Below, piece by piece: positions 51,286 to 64,000 of a stretch of 64,000 bases of DNA. The position numbers and the translations under genes were made by a program. Source of the stretch: Octopus sinensis (lineage: Eukaryota); contig NC_043006.1 of NCBI RefSeq assembly GCF_006345805.1, positions 71,238,001 to 71,302,000 on the forward strand. Reading direction: 5' to 3'. The notes under the pieces were generated by a model. It was not told the origin of the DNA. It searched no databases and worked only from the letters and a program-made list of their open reading frames with translations. Position 1 is the first letter of the stretch. Each line of letters begins with the position of its first letter.

Positions 51286-53176
51286 CTAAAAATATGAAAA
51301 TACAAATCAACATTTAAAAAACTATTCATTATTTTTTTTAAGTATGACAAACAATCCCAGTTTTCCTTCAAGAGATGATAGACAATAACTACAGAAACAA
51401 ACTTATATGTTGGATGTAAACTAAATTGTATATTACTTTTTGAGTTTTTCTTTTCCAGTTCAAATTTGCAGTGGACTTAGAAACTGTGGGAACATATGCC
51501 ACAGTGATTGCAATTAGAAAAGAGCCATCATTGGATATCAAAAAAAAAGCTATAAAAGTAAAATAATCCAATGGCAGAAAGAAATTAGCAAACAACTACA
51601 TAAAGGAAAAGGTGATTTAAATTATCTATCCCCCCTGAGCTCAACCACAGTGACCAGGCGATGAATGGTGGCAATACCTGGTTTGGTATATAAGTACCAT
51701 GACTGCTTTTTCACTATACACCAAATTGTGAGGTGAGCATATGTAGTAACACTAACTGTTGAGAGAAAAGCAAAACATTATCAGACAAACACATGGTTTT
51801 CAGTCCTAGTGTGTGTAACACTTTGGATCTCTACTATATACCTGGATTGACCAATGCCTTGTGAGTCAATTTGGTAAACAGAAACTGCAGAAAGCCTTTG
51901 TGTGTATATTATCCCACAGCTAAGCTTGAACAGAACTGAATAATGTTTACATTCCTTGTTGACAGGACTTGTTTCTCTGCACTTTCAAAGACCTGAGTAT
52001 TCAGTCATGAAATCTTGTCGCAAATACACTGCCATCTAAAACAATGTTAGCATGGAAAAGAGAGATGTTTGAGAGGCTCATATCCTTACTGTTATCATCT
52101 TCAGAAGAGCTTTGGTGCACGCAGACTAACATAAATGGCCTGCATCTTTCTGCTTCTGGACTGTTATTGCTGAATGATAATTTCCCAGTGAAGGCATGAG
52201 TTTAGAGTGTCAGGCTCACAATCATGAAGAGTGCATTCGATTCCCAGACCAGACTGTTTTCTGTTCTTGAGCAAGGAACTTTATTTCACATTGCTCCAGT
52301 TGATTCATCCATAGAAATGAGTTGCAACATCACTGGTGCCAAGCTGTATCAGTCTTTGCCTTTCCCTTAGATAACATCAGTGGCATGGAGAAGGGGGGGG
52401 CTGGTATGCATGGGCAACTGCTAATCTTCCATAAATAATCTTGGCTGGACTTATGCCTTGATGACCATTATCCCATGGGTCATCATGATGATTCATGACC
52501 AAAGAGGGTCTTTACATTTTACATAGACTGGTTTTGCTTAATCTATTTCCTTGTTATTCTCTTCATAGACTTCTTGATTATATAAATATTTACAGGTGAA
52601 AAGTAGATATTTAGGTTATAAACTGAATAAACAAAATGTTACTGCCTTAAACTCTATGAAGCAATATAGCAACAAATTGTTAATATAACTAAACTGATTA
52701 TTTTAACAACCCACATAATATCAAAATTTGAAGAAGCATCCAGTCTAGATATGTGAGGAAAGATATGACAGTTAAAATTTTTTTTAAATAAGTGTTTAAA
52801 CTGGCCCAAAAATTATAGATGTTTTATATTCAACCTGGCCATATCTAGCCTCTCAAACCTAAGCTACACTGACATTTTAAAAATAAACAATCACATCATT
52901 GAAAATCTCCAAGCTACACGATAATGAAAAAGCATTACATTTAACATAATCTGAACACCAAAGGATTAAGAACAATCTAGAAACAGTTTGAATACATTTT
53001 GAAACAAAAACCTGAAGAATTGAGAGCTATTGGAAATTGTTTAATACAAACAAACAAAAAAAAGAAGAGTAAAAAATTTTAAGTAAAAGTTTCAAATTTG
53101 CTTTTGTTCAATAAAGTAACTGAGAAAAAGTCAGCTTGGTCATAAACAATATAAGACAGAAGAAATCAATATATGC

Positions 53177-53305
<129 letters not shown>

Positions 53306-53308
53306 ATA

Positions 53309-53347
<39 letters not shown>

Positions 53348-53365
53348 ATAATATATATATATATA

Positions 53366-54107
53366 TTGGAAATAGTTTTAAAAAAGTTTTTTTAGCTGCT
53401 ATTTGTTTCTAGAGTTCAGTATGCGGCAAAGTAATTTATTTTACTAAGCCCTTTTATATAATGTAATAATTTGAATTCGCCTTAAATGGTCCCTTTGCAT
53501 ACTGAATACTTGGTGAAATTGATTAATTAATTTTACCCTCAATTGTTGAAATTATAATTCATCTCTCTCTATATAATGCTGCGGATTTTACCGAAAAAAG
53601 CATAGTGTTTGCTGATTTTAACCCACGCTGGTGGAAAGGGGAGAGCAGAAATTCTTCGCTTGCATTTTTGAGTTTGTTGGCACTGTTAGTTGGAAGCAGA
53701 TCTTCAGAAGCGAGAGGAAGCCGAAAGGGTATGCTCCTACTTTCAGTGTTTTCAAATCCAAACCAGGGAGTTCTGAGCTGATGATAGAAATGTCGGATTT
53801 TGACTAATCTTGAAACGTACGTTCTCAAATAACCTTTGCACTTGATTTTTTAATGTCTCTACCCCCCATATTTGCGTGAGTTGAATTGAGCAAGCACTAT
53901 ATGAGAGAGGTTTTCTTTAAGTATTGGAAATAGTTTTAAAAAAGTTTTTTTAGCTGCTATTTCTAATGAGTTCAGTATGCGGCAAAGTAATTTATTTTAC
54001 TAAGCCCTTTTATATAATGTAATAATTTGAATTCGCCTTAAATGGTCCCTTTGCATACTGAATACTTGGTGAAATTGATTAATTAATTAATTTTACCTCA
54101 ATTGTTG

Positions 54108-54113
<6 letters not shown>
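53366..54113 (+). repeat. ~190-bp direct repeats (53366-53556, 53924-54113) around a hammerhead-containing segment
   Basis: ttggaaatagttttaaaaaag...ctcaattgttgaaattata occurs twice with a 558-bp period; TA/GA microsatellites flank both sides. Confidence 0.85.
53774..53827 (+). ncRNA. Type I hammerhead ribozyme, family D
   Basis: Stem I UGAG/CUCA; core CUGAUGA(53778-53784); stem II AGA..GUC/GAC..UCU; GAAAC; self-complementary ACGUACGU stem III; GUU triplet with cleavage predicted after 53823. The base of stem II is a U-U mismatch. Confidence 0.65.
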
Positions 54114-54191
<78 letters not shown>

Positions 54192-54408
54192 ATATATAGA
54201 GAGAAAGAGTCGAAGAACAACTAGTGTTTATTTGATTGAAATGAACCTTGAACATATCTAAAAGGGGGAACACATGCAAAGTGCATCAAGTCAGGATATA
54301 ATGAGCAATCAATATGAATAGAAACAGGAGCAAGTACAGACATGTTTGTGAAATGGATCATTTCAAACAAGATGAGGTATCAGGATAGCAAAAGTAAAAG
54401 GCTCTCAC

Positions 54409-54475
54409 ATCTTTAACTGCTTTATAAAACTTGAGTTCAGTTTTAAAACTCTGTTTTTGTGGTCCCCCTTCTCCT
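54409..54475 (-). CDS. PTGES3: p23 co-chaperone exon: (E)GEGGPQKQSFKTELKFYKAVKD
   Basis: Acceptor ctttcgtttcag, donor gtgaga, 67 nt, phases 2/0, as for the matching human exon. Confidence 0.93.
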
Positions 54476-54642
54476 CTGAAACGAAAGTTGAATTATGTTA
54501 AAAACAATTTTAAATGATTAAATAAAAACATAAGCTAACTGCAAACAGATATTTCTTAAGATGTATATATAACTAGAACTGAAATCTACACAAAAATTAT
54601 TGAAAAAAAAAAAGCTAGTGTCTTAATATAAATGATACTTAC

Positions 54643-54762
54643 TCAAATTTCAAGATGTTTCCTTCGGCAATACGAATTTTAGGATCAACACAATCTGCAA
54701 CATGTATTGTGATCAACAGTTTGTCTTTTCGTTGAGCCCATGACACATTAGAACGAGAGGCA
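54643..54762 (-). CDS. PTGES3: p23 co-chaperone, first exon found: ASRSNVSWAQRKDKLLITIHVADCVDPKIRIAEGNILKF
   Basis: Poly-T/ag acceptor, donor gtaagt, 120 nt, phases 2/2; CS-domain start WAQR. The ATG exon was not found in the window. Confidence 0.95.
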
Positions 54763-55440
54763 CTAAAAAAAAAAAAAACATAATTGTAACACAAGTATAT
54801 TTATGTAGGTAGCAGAAACACTGCCCTCTCAGTAGTTTTCTGCTCGTAATGTTGATTGAAAAAATTATGTGAAAAGAAATATCAACATGATATTTTGCAC
54901 AAGACACCAACAGGAAATGCTGAGAACAAACACTTTTGTTACCAGTTTTCTATGATCTCAAAAAAAATTCCAACACCATACCTCGCACAACTATGTGAAT
55001 GGTATGAAGGCATGTGGCTTAGTGGTTAGGGCATTTCGCTCACATTTGAAAGATCAGGAGTTCGATTCCCAGCTAAACATTGTGTCCCTGAACAAGACAC
55101 TTTATTTTACTCAGCTGGCAAAAGTAAGTTATACCTTAACTTAAAAGAGCCAACCTTGTCACATTCTGTATCATGCTAAATCTCCCCGAGAACTACATTA
55201 AATGTACCCATGACTGATGTGCTCAGCTGCTTGCAAGTTAATTTCATGAGCAAGCTGTTCTTTTGATCAGATCATAACCAGAGTGCCAGCACGTGAATGG
55301 TCCTAAAACAATTCAGTTGCCCCAATTGTTTTGTGGCACTCATCCAGACACTTCGATTGAAGAACAGGACAGTTGATATATGAAAACAATGTTAGAACTT
55401 CAAGCGGAGATGTGTAATAACCCTAACTTTGTTCTACCCT

Positions 55441-58325
55441 ACATCATCGTCGTTTAATGTCCACTTTCCATGCTGGCATGGGTTGGATGGTTTGACTGAG
55501 GGCTGGCAAGCCAGAAGGCTGCACCAGGCTCCAATCTGATCTGCCTTTCGTTACTAACCCGGCCGAAAAATTTTTTGGTTTATAATACCAACCCGGCCGT
55601 GAGAACCTATTGTTATTTAAATGTAAATTTGAACCCAAATCTCATTGGTACATTCGTTAAAACATGCGATTTCACTTTGTAAATAGTTGGCTTATAGTAT
55701 CCGACATTGCTTGACGTGATATCTCAACTCCAAATTTTTTTCGGCATCGATTTTTCTTCAACTTTGAAAATGGATAGGAGTTTCATGTTATCAAGTATTG
55801 ATTCCGAATTTAAAGCTTTTCCAACGGAAAGTAGGGAGATATCGAGAAAAAGAATGCATGAGGTCTTAAAGCACGTGGTGTACAAAATAATGAATAGGAT
55901 TTTTTTTATCCAAAAATGAAAGCGATTCTGAAGGAACAAATTGGCGATGGCGATAGCGAAGACGATTTTACATAGGAATGAAGTAAAAAACTTTAAAAAT
56001 GTTTTTATTAGCAATTTTTCCGAGGAGATAAAGTTTATCTATAGTCTTTCTTAGGAAGTGAAACCATTAGACTTTTATTTTTTTTCAGTATGCTAGTTTG
56101 AAGCGATCACTTCGAAAACAAATTTACGCAGATTGTAAACAAACACAAAATGGGGGTTCAAAGTTTGGAAAATTTGTGTAGCAAATACTGGGTACTGTTG
56201 TGGATTTAGTTTTTATACAGGGAAACTAATGTTAGTCAGCATGGCTTAGAGTACGATGTGGTCTGGAAGTTATTGTTTGAAGTGATCAATGCGGAAACAA
56301 ACTTACGCAGAATGTAAACAAAACACAAAATGGGGGTTCAAATTTCGGAAAATCTGTGAAGCAAATACTAGGTACTGCGTGGATTTAGTTTTTATACAGG
56401 GAAAATAATGTTAGTCAGCATGGCCTAGGGAACGATGTGGTCTGGAATTTATCACTTCCATACCATAACCAGGGCCGTATATTATTTTTTGACCGATTTC
56501 TTTAGTTCGATCAAACTTGCGGTGGATTCCAGTATTTCAGTTTATTCCACCTTTATGGTACACCTGTTGTGCATTAAATACAACTGATAATCTAGTGATG
56601 TGCACAATTCTTTATCAAAATTTTGTTGCATACCTGACTGAATATTAGCTGATGATTCATTTTCTATGGTGATGTTTAAACAAAATTTTAATATTTTTAC
56701 CTTTTGCTCAATTTACCTGTAATTAAAGTCATTGAGACAAAAGTTATGCAATAGAATTGATTAAGAACCCTTTCTTTAATTATGTTCCAAATATCACTTT
56801 AATATGTTGATAAGTAAAAAAAAGTTACAGTTATTTAATGAAACAAGCCTAAATTAATGATTATTTTAGAATTTAATTGAAACTCATGAGGGGTGTATTT
56901 TGGTCAGAAATATAGTAACGAAAGGGTTAAGTTTCTACAGCTTGATACCTTCTTAATGCCAACCACTCCAAGAGTGTAGCGGGTGCTTTTTACATGACAC
57001 CAGCACAGGAGCCAGTCAGGCTGCACTGGCAACGATCATGCTCAAATGGTGCTTTTAACGTTCCACTGGCACAGGTGCCAGTCAAGCGGTACTGCCATTG
57101 GCCACAACAACAATTTCACTTGCCTCAACAGGTCTTCACAAGCACAGTTTATTACCCAATGGTTGAAGGGCACTCTTAAATGGGCTGGTTATGTTGCACT
57201 GGCATAGGCCACGGTTACAGACTCAATTGGCTTGCCAGGTCTTTTCAAGCACAGCATATCTCCAAAGGTCTTGGTCACTTATTGCCTCGATGCAGCCCAA
57301 TGTTCGAAGGTCGTGCTTCACCACCTAATCCCAGGTCTTCCTGGTTTTACCTCTTCCACAGGTCCCCTCTACTGTTAGGGTGTGACACTTACCAGCACAG
57401 TCGTCTCTTTTGCACACAACATCTGATGCTTCTTTAGTCCATCTTTTCTCAGGGTGCTTACTGTCGTGTATGCAAACTGACATTACTCATCCAGCAGAGC
57501 ATACTGGCTTCATTCCTTGCAAGCTTACGCATGTCCTCAGCAGTCACGGCCCATGTTTCACTGACAGTCTCCCTCTTACTCTGAGCAAGAGATTCTTTGT
57601 CACCAGCAGAGGTAGCTCTCTGAACTTTGCTCAGGTTATTCTTATTCTAGCAGCTACACTTTCAGAGCATCCACCCCAGCTACTGACTAGGTCACCTAGG
57701 TAACAGAAGCTATCAACTACTTCTAGTTCCCCCCCCCCCCTGGAATTTGACGGAAGCTGTTTTCTGCACATTTTCAGTGTTTATTGCTGCTGAGCATTTG
57801 CCACATACAAAAACTATCTTCCCAATTAGCCTTCCTTTGATATTGCTGCACTTCTTATGTGTCCATAGTTTACTTGCTTCCACACCTGAAACTTCTCTAG
57901 TTCTGATACTGACTCAGCTATTAGTGCAAGGTCATCAGCATAGAGATGCTCCCAGGGACAGCCTGTCTTGAATGCCTCTGTTATTGCCTGGATGACTGAT
58001 GAATAAGATGGGCTGAGGACTGATTCTTGGTGGACCCCTACCCGGAATTCTTCACTGTACTCGTTGCCAACCCTCACCTTACTGACAGCATCCCTGTAAA
58101 TGGCTTGTACAGCTCTCACTAACCATTCATCTATCCCTAGTTTCCTCATTGACCACCAGATAAGGGATCAAGGAACCCTGTCAAAGGCTTGCTCCATGTC
58201 AATGAAAGCTAGGTACAGAGATTTATCTTTGGTTAGGTATTTCTCCTGCAGTTGTCTTACTAGAAACATAACATCAACGGTGCTTTTCCCTGGCACAAAC
58301 CCAAACTGCATTACAATCTGTACAG
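55441..58325 (-). mobile_element. RTE-clade LINE (RT to 3' tail), split by the P2 piggyBac element
   Basis: RT MRKLGIDEWLVRAVQAIYRDAVSKVRVGNEYSEEF..GVHQESVLSP...LYADDLALIAES; LWTHKKC...VCGKC module. The 3' UTR resumes at 55441-55543 after the insertion. Confidence 0.9.
55544..56926 (+). mobile_element. Non-autonomous piggyBac (P2) carrying a tandemly duplicated transposase fragment
   Basis: Ends cctttcgttacta / tagtaacgaaaggg-TTAA. A 180-bp tandem repeat (56100-56455) encodes TKWGFKVWKIC..NTGYC.GFSFYTGK...SQHGL.YDVVWKL. Confidence 0.8.
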
Positions 58326-58391
58326 ACTTAGATTACAAAGACTGACCAATAGAACGCAGTGTCACTTCAAGATTGGTGTAAAACATTTTAA

Positions 58392-58611
58392 CCCTTCCGT
58401 TACCAACCCGGCTGAAACCGGCACTTGTTCTGAGTACAAATATTTTGTTTTCATAAGTTTTGAATTAAAATCTTCCACCAAACATTTGTCACACTTTATG
58501 TTCCTAACACTAGCTGAATGATAACTAAGTTATTTTACTAAATTCTTTGTTATATTTAAAGTAATTGAAAGAAACACAGAGCATCTCAAAATAAATACAG
58601 TAACGAAAGGG
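58392..58611 (+). mobile_element. P2-family piggyBac MITE with TTAA TSD
   Basis: TTAA-cccttccgttac...gtaacgaaaggg-TTAA. A reverse copy is at ~43330-43556 and another copy starts at 63949 (cut by the window edge). Confidence 0.85.
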
Positions 58612-60078
58612 TTAAAGAACATTTAAGACATGAAGAAGGCAAACAGCTATGACAAGAGACCAGCCAACTACAACCAAGACCACCACCAAACATCGAATGT
58701 GACACAATTGTTTCCTGCAAAAACCAGCCTTGCCAATCAGGGGCACCAACATAAATGAGGAACTATAAAAAAGAGAGAAATACTCAGAAAAAGGAGCTGA
58801 TACACATATCTATAATATAAATTGGACATGGGCAATCGTTGCATTCTTTCTTGTCTTGAGGTTCACAGCCAAACAGCTGGGTGGATTTGTGTGAAAAATG
58901 GCACATGTGCAGACGGGTGCATAGATTGGAATGCCGCTTGTATTTTTTCCTAGCTCCCATACTTAACGAGAAAATCAATTAAAACTTTTTCTAATGGAAT
59001 TCCTGTTTGTTCCACCATTAAAACAACCAGTTGCTCACACAGCCGGCATATACCATTTCGCTAGCAACAAGGGGGGGATGGTATGACAGTCAGCCAAAAC
59101 TTTCGCTATGCTGTCTCCTCTCTCACATACACGCAAGCACGCACACATCCATTTCATATATCTCTCAATTTCTGCTCTCTGCAAATAAATTTTTTACGGA
59201 TACAACTGCTTACAAAATAGGGATTAATGTATAATTTCTTTCTATGTTCATAATTAAATCAATGTTTTAATGATTAGACAGAGGTCCAATAGAAGAGCTA
59301 TCAAGCTCCAATGTTTGTTTTGGAATGGCTTTTACAGCTGAATGCCCTTCCTAATGCCAACTTTACAGCATGGAATGGGTCTTTTATCATGCTGCCTGCA
59401 CTGTTGAGGTTGCCATGCCGTTCTAAGGAGTACAAACCGGGGTGAGGGGCAGTTTCATGCTAGGGGACAAGAAGATTACTGTGAGGGGTAAGCTAGGGGA
59501 CCAGATCAAGCTCCAATGTCTGCTTTGAAATGCTTTCTACACATGGATGCCCTTCCTAACACCTACTTTATAATGTACTGAATGCTTTTCTTTCTCATAG
59601 TATTGGTACCAAGAAACTTTTGAAGACAAAACTCCTCAATTGAGTGGAGGTGTAGTATTGGAGCTAGATTATGCTAGATGTTGAGAGGTTAAAGTATGAT
59701 AGGACAGGAACAGGTGTTTTGCTGCAGAGAAACAAGGCTATTCCAGTTGGAAACAAAGATAAGAGATAGTGATGAAAATGCATCAAGGCATACTCAAGAT
59801 ATACAAGGAAAAGATTTTAAGACAATACAGACAGAGGATTAGAAAAGATGGGTAGGTAAATTTATGGAGTGTGAAAGGAGTGACAAATGGTTAGAGATGC
59901 GGATAGAGGTGAATTCAATGAATAGCAAAGGAATGTGGAATTATGGTCAACGGTGAATTAATTTGGGGGAAAGTGAGGGAAATAAAATTGTGTCAAAGGG
60001 AAAGGAGAGAGCAACAGCAAAATAAAACCATAGATAGATGAGAAATAGGAAGCTGATATATCTATCAAGTGTATGCCC

Positions 60079-60113
<35 letters not shown>

Positions 60114-63100
60114 ATATATATCATCATTTAGCGTCCGCTTTCCATGCTAGTGTGTGTATTCATTAAAAGTAAAAATGGAAATTCTGACACTGGTGCTTCT
60201 CCCAAGAGTGGTGTTATTTTTCTGTAACAGTACAATGTATAACAAGAAACTAGGTCAAAGGCTTGTCCTATTATCAACAGTTTACTATATACATTACATA
60301 CATAGATATTATATCTTTCAAGACAGTGCAACAATACAAAGGCCACAACTATAAAGCAGTTGTCAATACTGACATGTCTAATCAGATTGCTAAACATTTG
60401 ACTGAACTCTGCTCACATGGATAAGTTACCTGTAGCAGACTGACTTTGCCTTCTTAATCCTGAATGCAAACCCACTTAAAACTACCCTTTGTTCAATAAT
60501 ACAAGCTTTCTCTTTCAAAGAGAACAAAAACTTTCCAAACACCAGTTTCAGAGAAATTTTATGAAATTCTTCATTTTTAAAACTAACAAACAAAAGCAGT
60601 GCATTTCGACAGAAATATGGTAACAAAAAGGTTGAAATTTTACTCAATTTTAAAAACCATTTAGCATCCATTAAACCAACTGATTAAATTTTTAGCATGT
60701 AAATTAAAATTCAATTAAAAATAGAACAATAACTAAAAATTTTAAAAGTTACAAATAATGCATACAATGGACAGCATAAATTGTTGCACATTCTCCTTCC
60801 ATCCTTAATTACACAACGCTTGGGGTGCTGTTGTGATATAAAGTTGAATCATTATTTTACATCTATCCAAGCCCACTCAGAGCCAGATTTCAACCTATTT
60901 CTTCCAGGCAAAAATGTGTGAAAGAGAGATGAACCAACTGACTACTTGACAGTTTCTTTATCCATATGAAAAGAATGAAAGAAAGCTGACCTCAGTTGAA
61001 TTTGAACAAAAAGAATTAAAGCTGTAAAATCATCTAATGAAAGCAAGAAAAAAAAACTAATTCTTTATTATCGATAAACAATATTGCATTATCATCACTG
61101 TTGATGATATACAGAAAATGGATTCCCCCATTGTCATAAACATTATGGCTATAGTCTCGCATTATAAATGCAGCATTTTAGTATATCTAGCTACTTTGAT
61201 AACTATATATTTAATATACATGATATACTTTAGTGGTTATTCAAGCATTTATTTATCATGCTTCATTGGTGACTTATCTTCACATTAGAAGCCTCATCTC
61301 TACGTCAATATAATTATTTAAGTTATCGCTACTAACCTAGTAATATTAACCTATTCATAAAATGGTCATTTCTTTCTACAATTTTACATTTTATTTTTAT
61401 GGCAAAGTGTTTTGTTATTAGCACAGTTGACTTTACATATCGACGCCCTGCTAATTACTCGGCCATAAAGTAAGAATGAAACCTGTTACCATGTCAAGAA
61501 TTGCAGTTAAGCATCTTGCCCAGTAGCTCAACACAATAGCTGTAAAAAAGTTTGAACTCCAATTAGAACGTTGACAACTGAATCCGTAAACTATTGCATC
61601 ACATGTAACAAACTACTACTAACTTCATGATCAAGCCACAAGCAATTTACCACAAGGAGCATTAGTGCTTCCTTGAATTACAACAGGCTTGTCCTACTTA
61701 TTAGTGAACAGTAGTAAAAGCACTCAATTGAAAAATCAATTTGGTCCAACAAATTTGAAAAAATATATCCCGTGTTGGCACAGGAAAAAATCATGTTTAA
61801 GATAAGCTATAAATTTTAAGTAACTATATTACTGCTCACCTCAGTCTTAAAGGGAACTTGATAAACTCCAGATTTAAACACAAAGGGACATAAATATATG
61901 CATTTTCAACTGGCACTATCAGCAATAAAATTTCAGATGCATAAAATCAGGAGCTGCATATTGACCAATAACTCGAACAGTACCAATTTTAGTAACAATA
62001 AAGCATTATTTCTAAACTGTATTCCTCACACCTCACCTATTTTACATCAATTTATCCATCAACTAGTATTTTGTTCAGGCAAACCAGGAGTTAGATGCCT
62101 TGCTAATGGACATAAGTGTTTGGAGATGAAATTATGGCCATGTAGTCAGTTGTTTAAAACAGCCCCACTGCTTTTCATTTCTCCAAAGTACAAATAATTT
62201 TGAAGATATTTACCAACAAGAATTGCTTCAGAAAAGCCCAAATAATATCTGTAGAATCATCCCACCAATGTTCACATGGTTGGGAGAAATGTGCAAAACA
62301 AGAACAATGAAATTCTTGAAGAAATAAGTGTAGGCAGGACCATGGGGTTTACAAGTTCACGTGATAATCATGTGCTCCCAATTTTGATCTTATTGTGCAG
62401 CAACTTATTGACACCAGTCAAAATCTTCTGGATTTCATTATGCCTGAGTTCAAATCTCACCTAAGTTGCCTTTGCTTTTCCTCCTAGCAACAATAAAAAT
62501 CAGTAAGCCCATAAAACATGCTACAACCACCATAGTTGACTGCAGACAAACCCACCTTATAAGCAATTTCAAACTTACTAACATCCATCCCAATTTAACA
62601 TTTCAACTGGCCATATCCAGCCCAGATAGTTTGTTTTATGTTCAAACAAGCCAGATCTGATCTCTCACACCTACCCTACAATGCCATTCTAAAAATGAAA
62701 ATCACATAATTGAACTCAAAGTTACAAGATAATGCCTATTAATTCAAAACAATGTAAAATAATCTTTACATTTGACAGAAAATTCCGAATACTTAGGAGA
62801 TAAACCGTTTCAATTCCTCACCAATCCTCTATATAACCCCAAGCCAAACACTTCACTCAATTTTTCCATTAAAAAAATTGTATCACACCAAAATCACCAT
62901 ACCCTAACAGACTATATAAATCACTGGCATCAGTTAAAATTCATCTTCTGTGCTGGTATGGATTGGACAGTTTCCAATAACTCAAGGGACTGCAATGAGT
63001 TCCAATGCTACTTTGGCATGGCCTCTACAGCTGGATACCCTTCTCAACACCAACCACCTTTCAATGTATTGGGTACTTTTTCCATGGGACCAGCACAAAT

Positions 63101-64000
63101 GAGGTCACAATGTAACTCACAAGACTAAAAAGAGTCCCCTTGTTTGAGAGGGAGGCAACTTTATACTAAATGTTAAAGTAGGATATAAAAACAATAGGTT
63201 TGTTGCTATGGGAGATACATGGCTACCCTCCCTGCACTGCATTATATTAAAGGTGGATGGGAATAGCTTGGAAGAGAGATGAAGATGGTGGTGACAGATG
63301 TTTGGGCATACCCTTAAAGTAGATGAAAGGTAGAAGAGAGAATGAGGTAAGATCAAAAAGGCTGGGTGGGTAAAGTTTGCAACAGTGTGGAAGGGGAGTG
63401 ACAGATGGTTAGCAATGGGGTAGAGATGAACATAGCAAATGGTAAAGTAGATTCATGGTCAATGGTAAACGAGTTAAAGGGGAAGAAATATACATTCAGT
63501 AGGGAAGTGATGAGTAGCAGGAAAACTGCCGAGTATACAGGTAGGGTATAAAGATTACCAGAGTATAGCAGGAAGAGAGCAAATGAGATGTACAGTAACA
63601 AGGATGGTGGAGGTCGAAGTGAATACAATGAATAGCAAAAGGTGGGGGTTGCCAATGGCAGATACACGTGTCAAGAATGAAATATGAGTATCAATAGGAC
63701 ATAGTTAAGGAGAGATGAGAGACAGAAAGATAACTGGTAGTACATAAAGGAGATCAATGAGAAATAAAAGTGAGAAGAGACAAATATCAAAGGAAAGTGA
63801 TTCTAAACAGCATAGAAAAAGGATGAAATACATAGTTCTGTTCTCATTTAATTAGATGAGTGATGGGCTTGACAGGGACAATTCAGGTATGGGACCAGAT
63901 GTATGTATACACGTAAACATAATGCTTTTAGGACTAGTTTTGCTGTGCTTAACCCTTTCGTTACCAACCCGGCTCTTGCTCTGAATACATATGTCTTGTT

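Noticed and set aside
53559-53828. 89-aa minus-strand ORF (MRTYVSRL...)
   Set aside because: Lies inside the hammerhead-bearing repeat, antisense to the ribozyme; no recognisable homology.
60426-60671. ORF ending in CAG|gtaact as p23 exon 1
   Set aside because: The phase would fit, but the peptide is unlike p23 N-termini and the region shows no promoter-like CpG enrichment.

Overview
AT-rich, repeat-dominated eukaryotic DNA. The SINE families and very dense di-, tri- and tetranucleotide microsatellites look like a coleoid cephalopod, probably Octopus; this assignment is pattern recognition, not a database result. One host gene is well supported: a p23/PTGES3-family Hsp90 co-chaperone on the minus strand. 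Seven of its coding exons were spliced by hand (54762 down to 46097), including 39-nt and 25-nt micro-exons; the ATG exon appears to lie beyond the right edge. The ORF track misses this gene, and almost all of its long ORFs are microsatellite artefacts. The rest is a layered transposon landscape: Penelope-like RT, mariner and maT remnants, a decayed Mag-type Ty3/Gypsy element, RTE, Tx1 and R4/Dong-like LINEs, Helentron-like elements, hAT MITEs and three tRNA-headed SINE families. Most notable hidden structure: (1) four unrelated type I hammerhead-ribozyme motif families, two with all three stems formed; (2) a SINE that shares its 3' tail with a Tx1 LINE in the same window; (3) non-LTR elements embedded in (CATA)n and (AGAT/AGAC)n arrays; (4) two piggyBac lineages whose transposase remnants link them to the local MITE families; (5) a CpG-retention boundary near 36-38.5 kb. 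Most repeat boundaries are approximate (about 10-30 bp); the p23 exon and hammerhead coordinates were indexed base by base.
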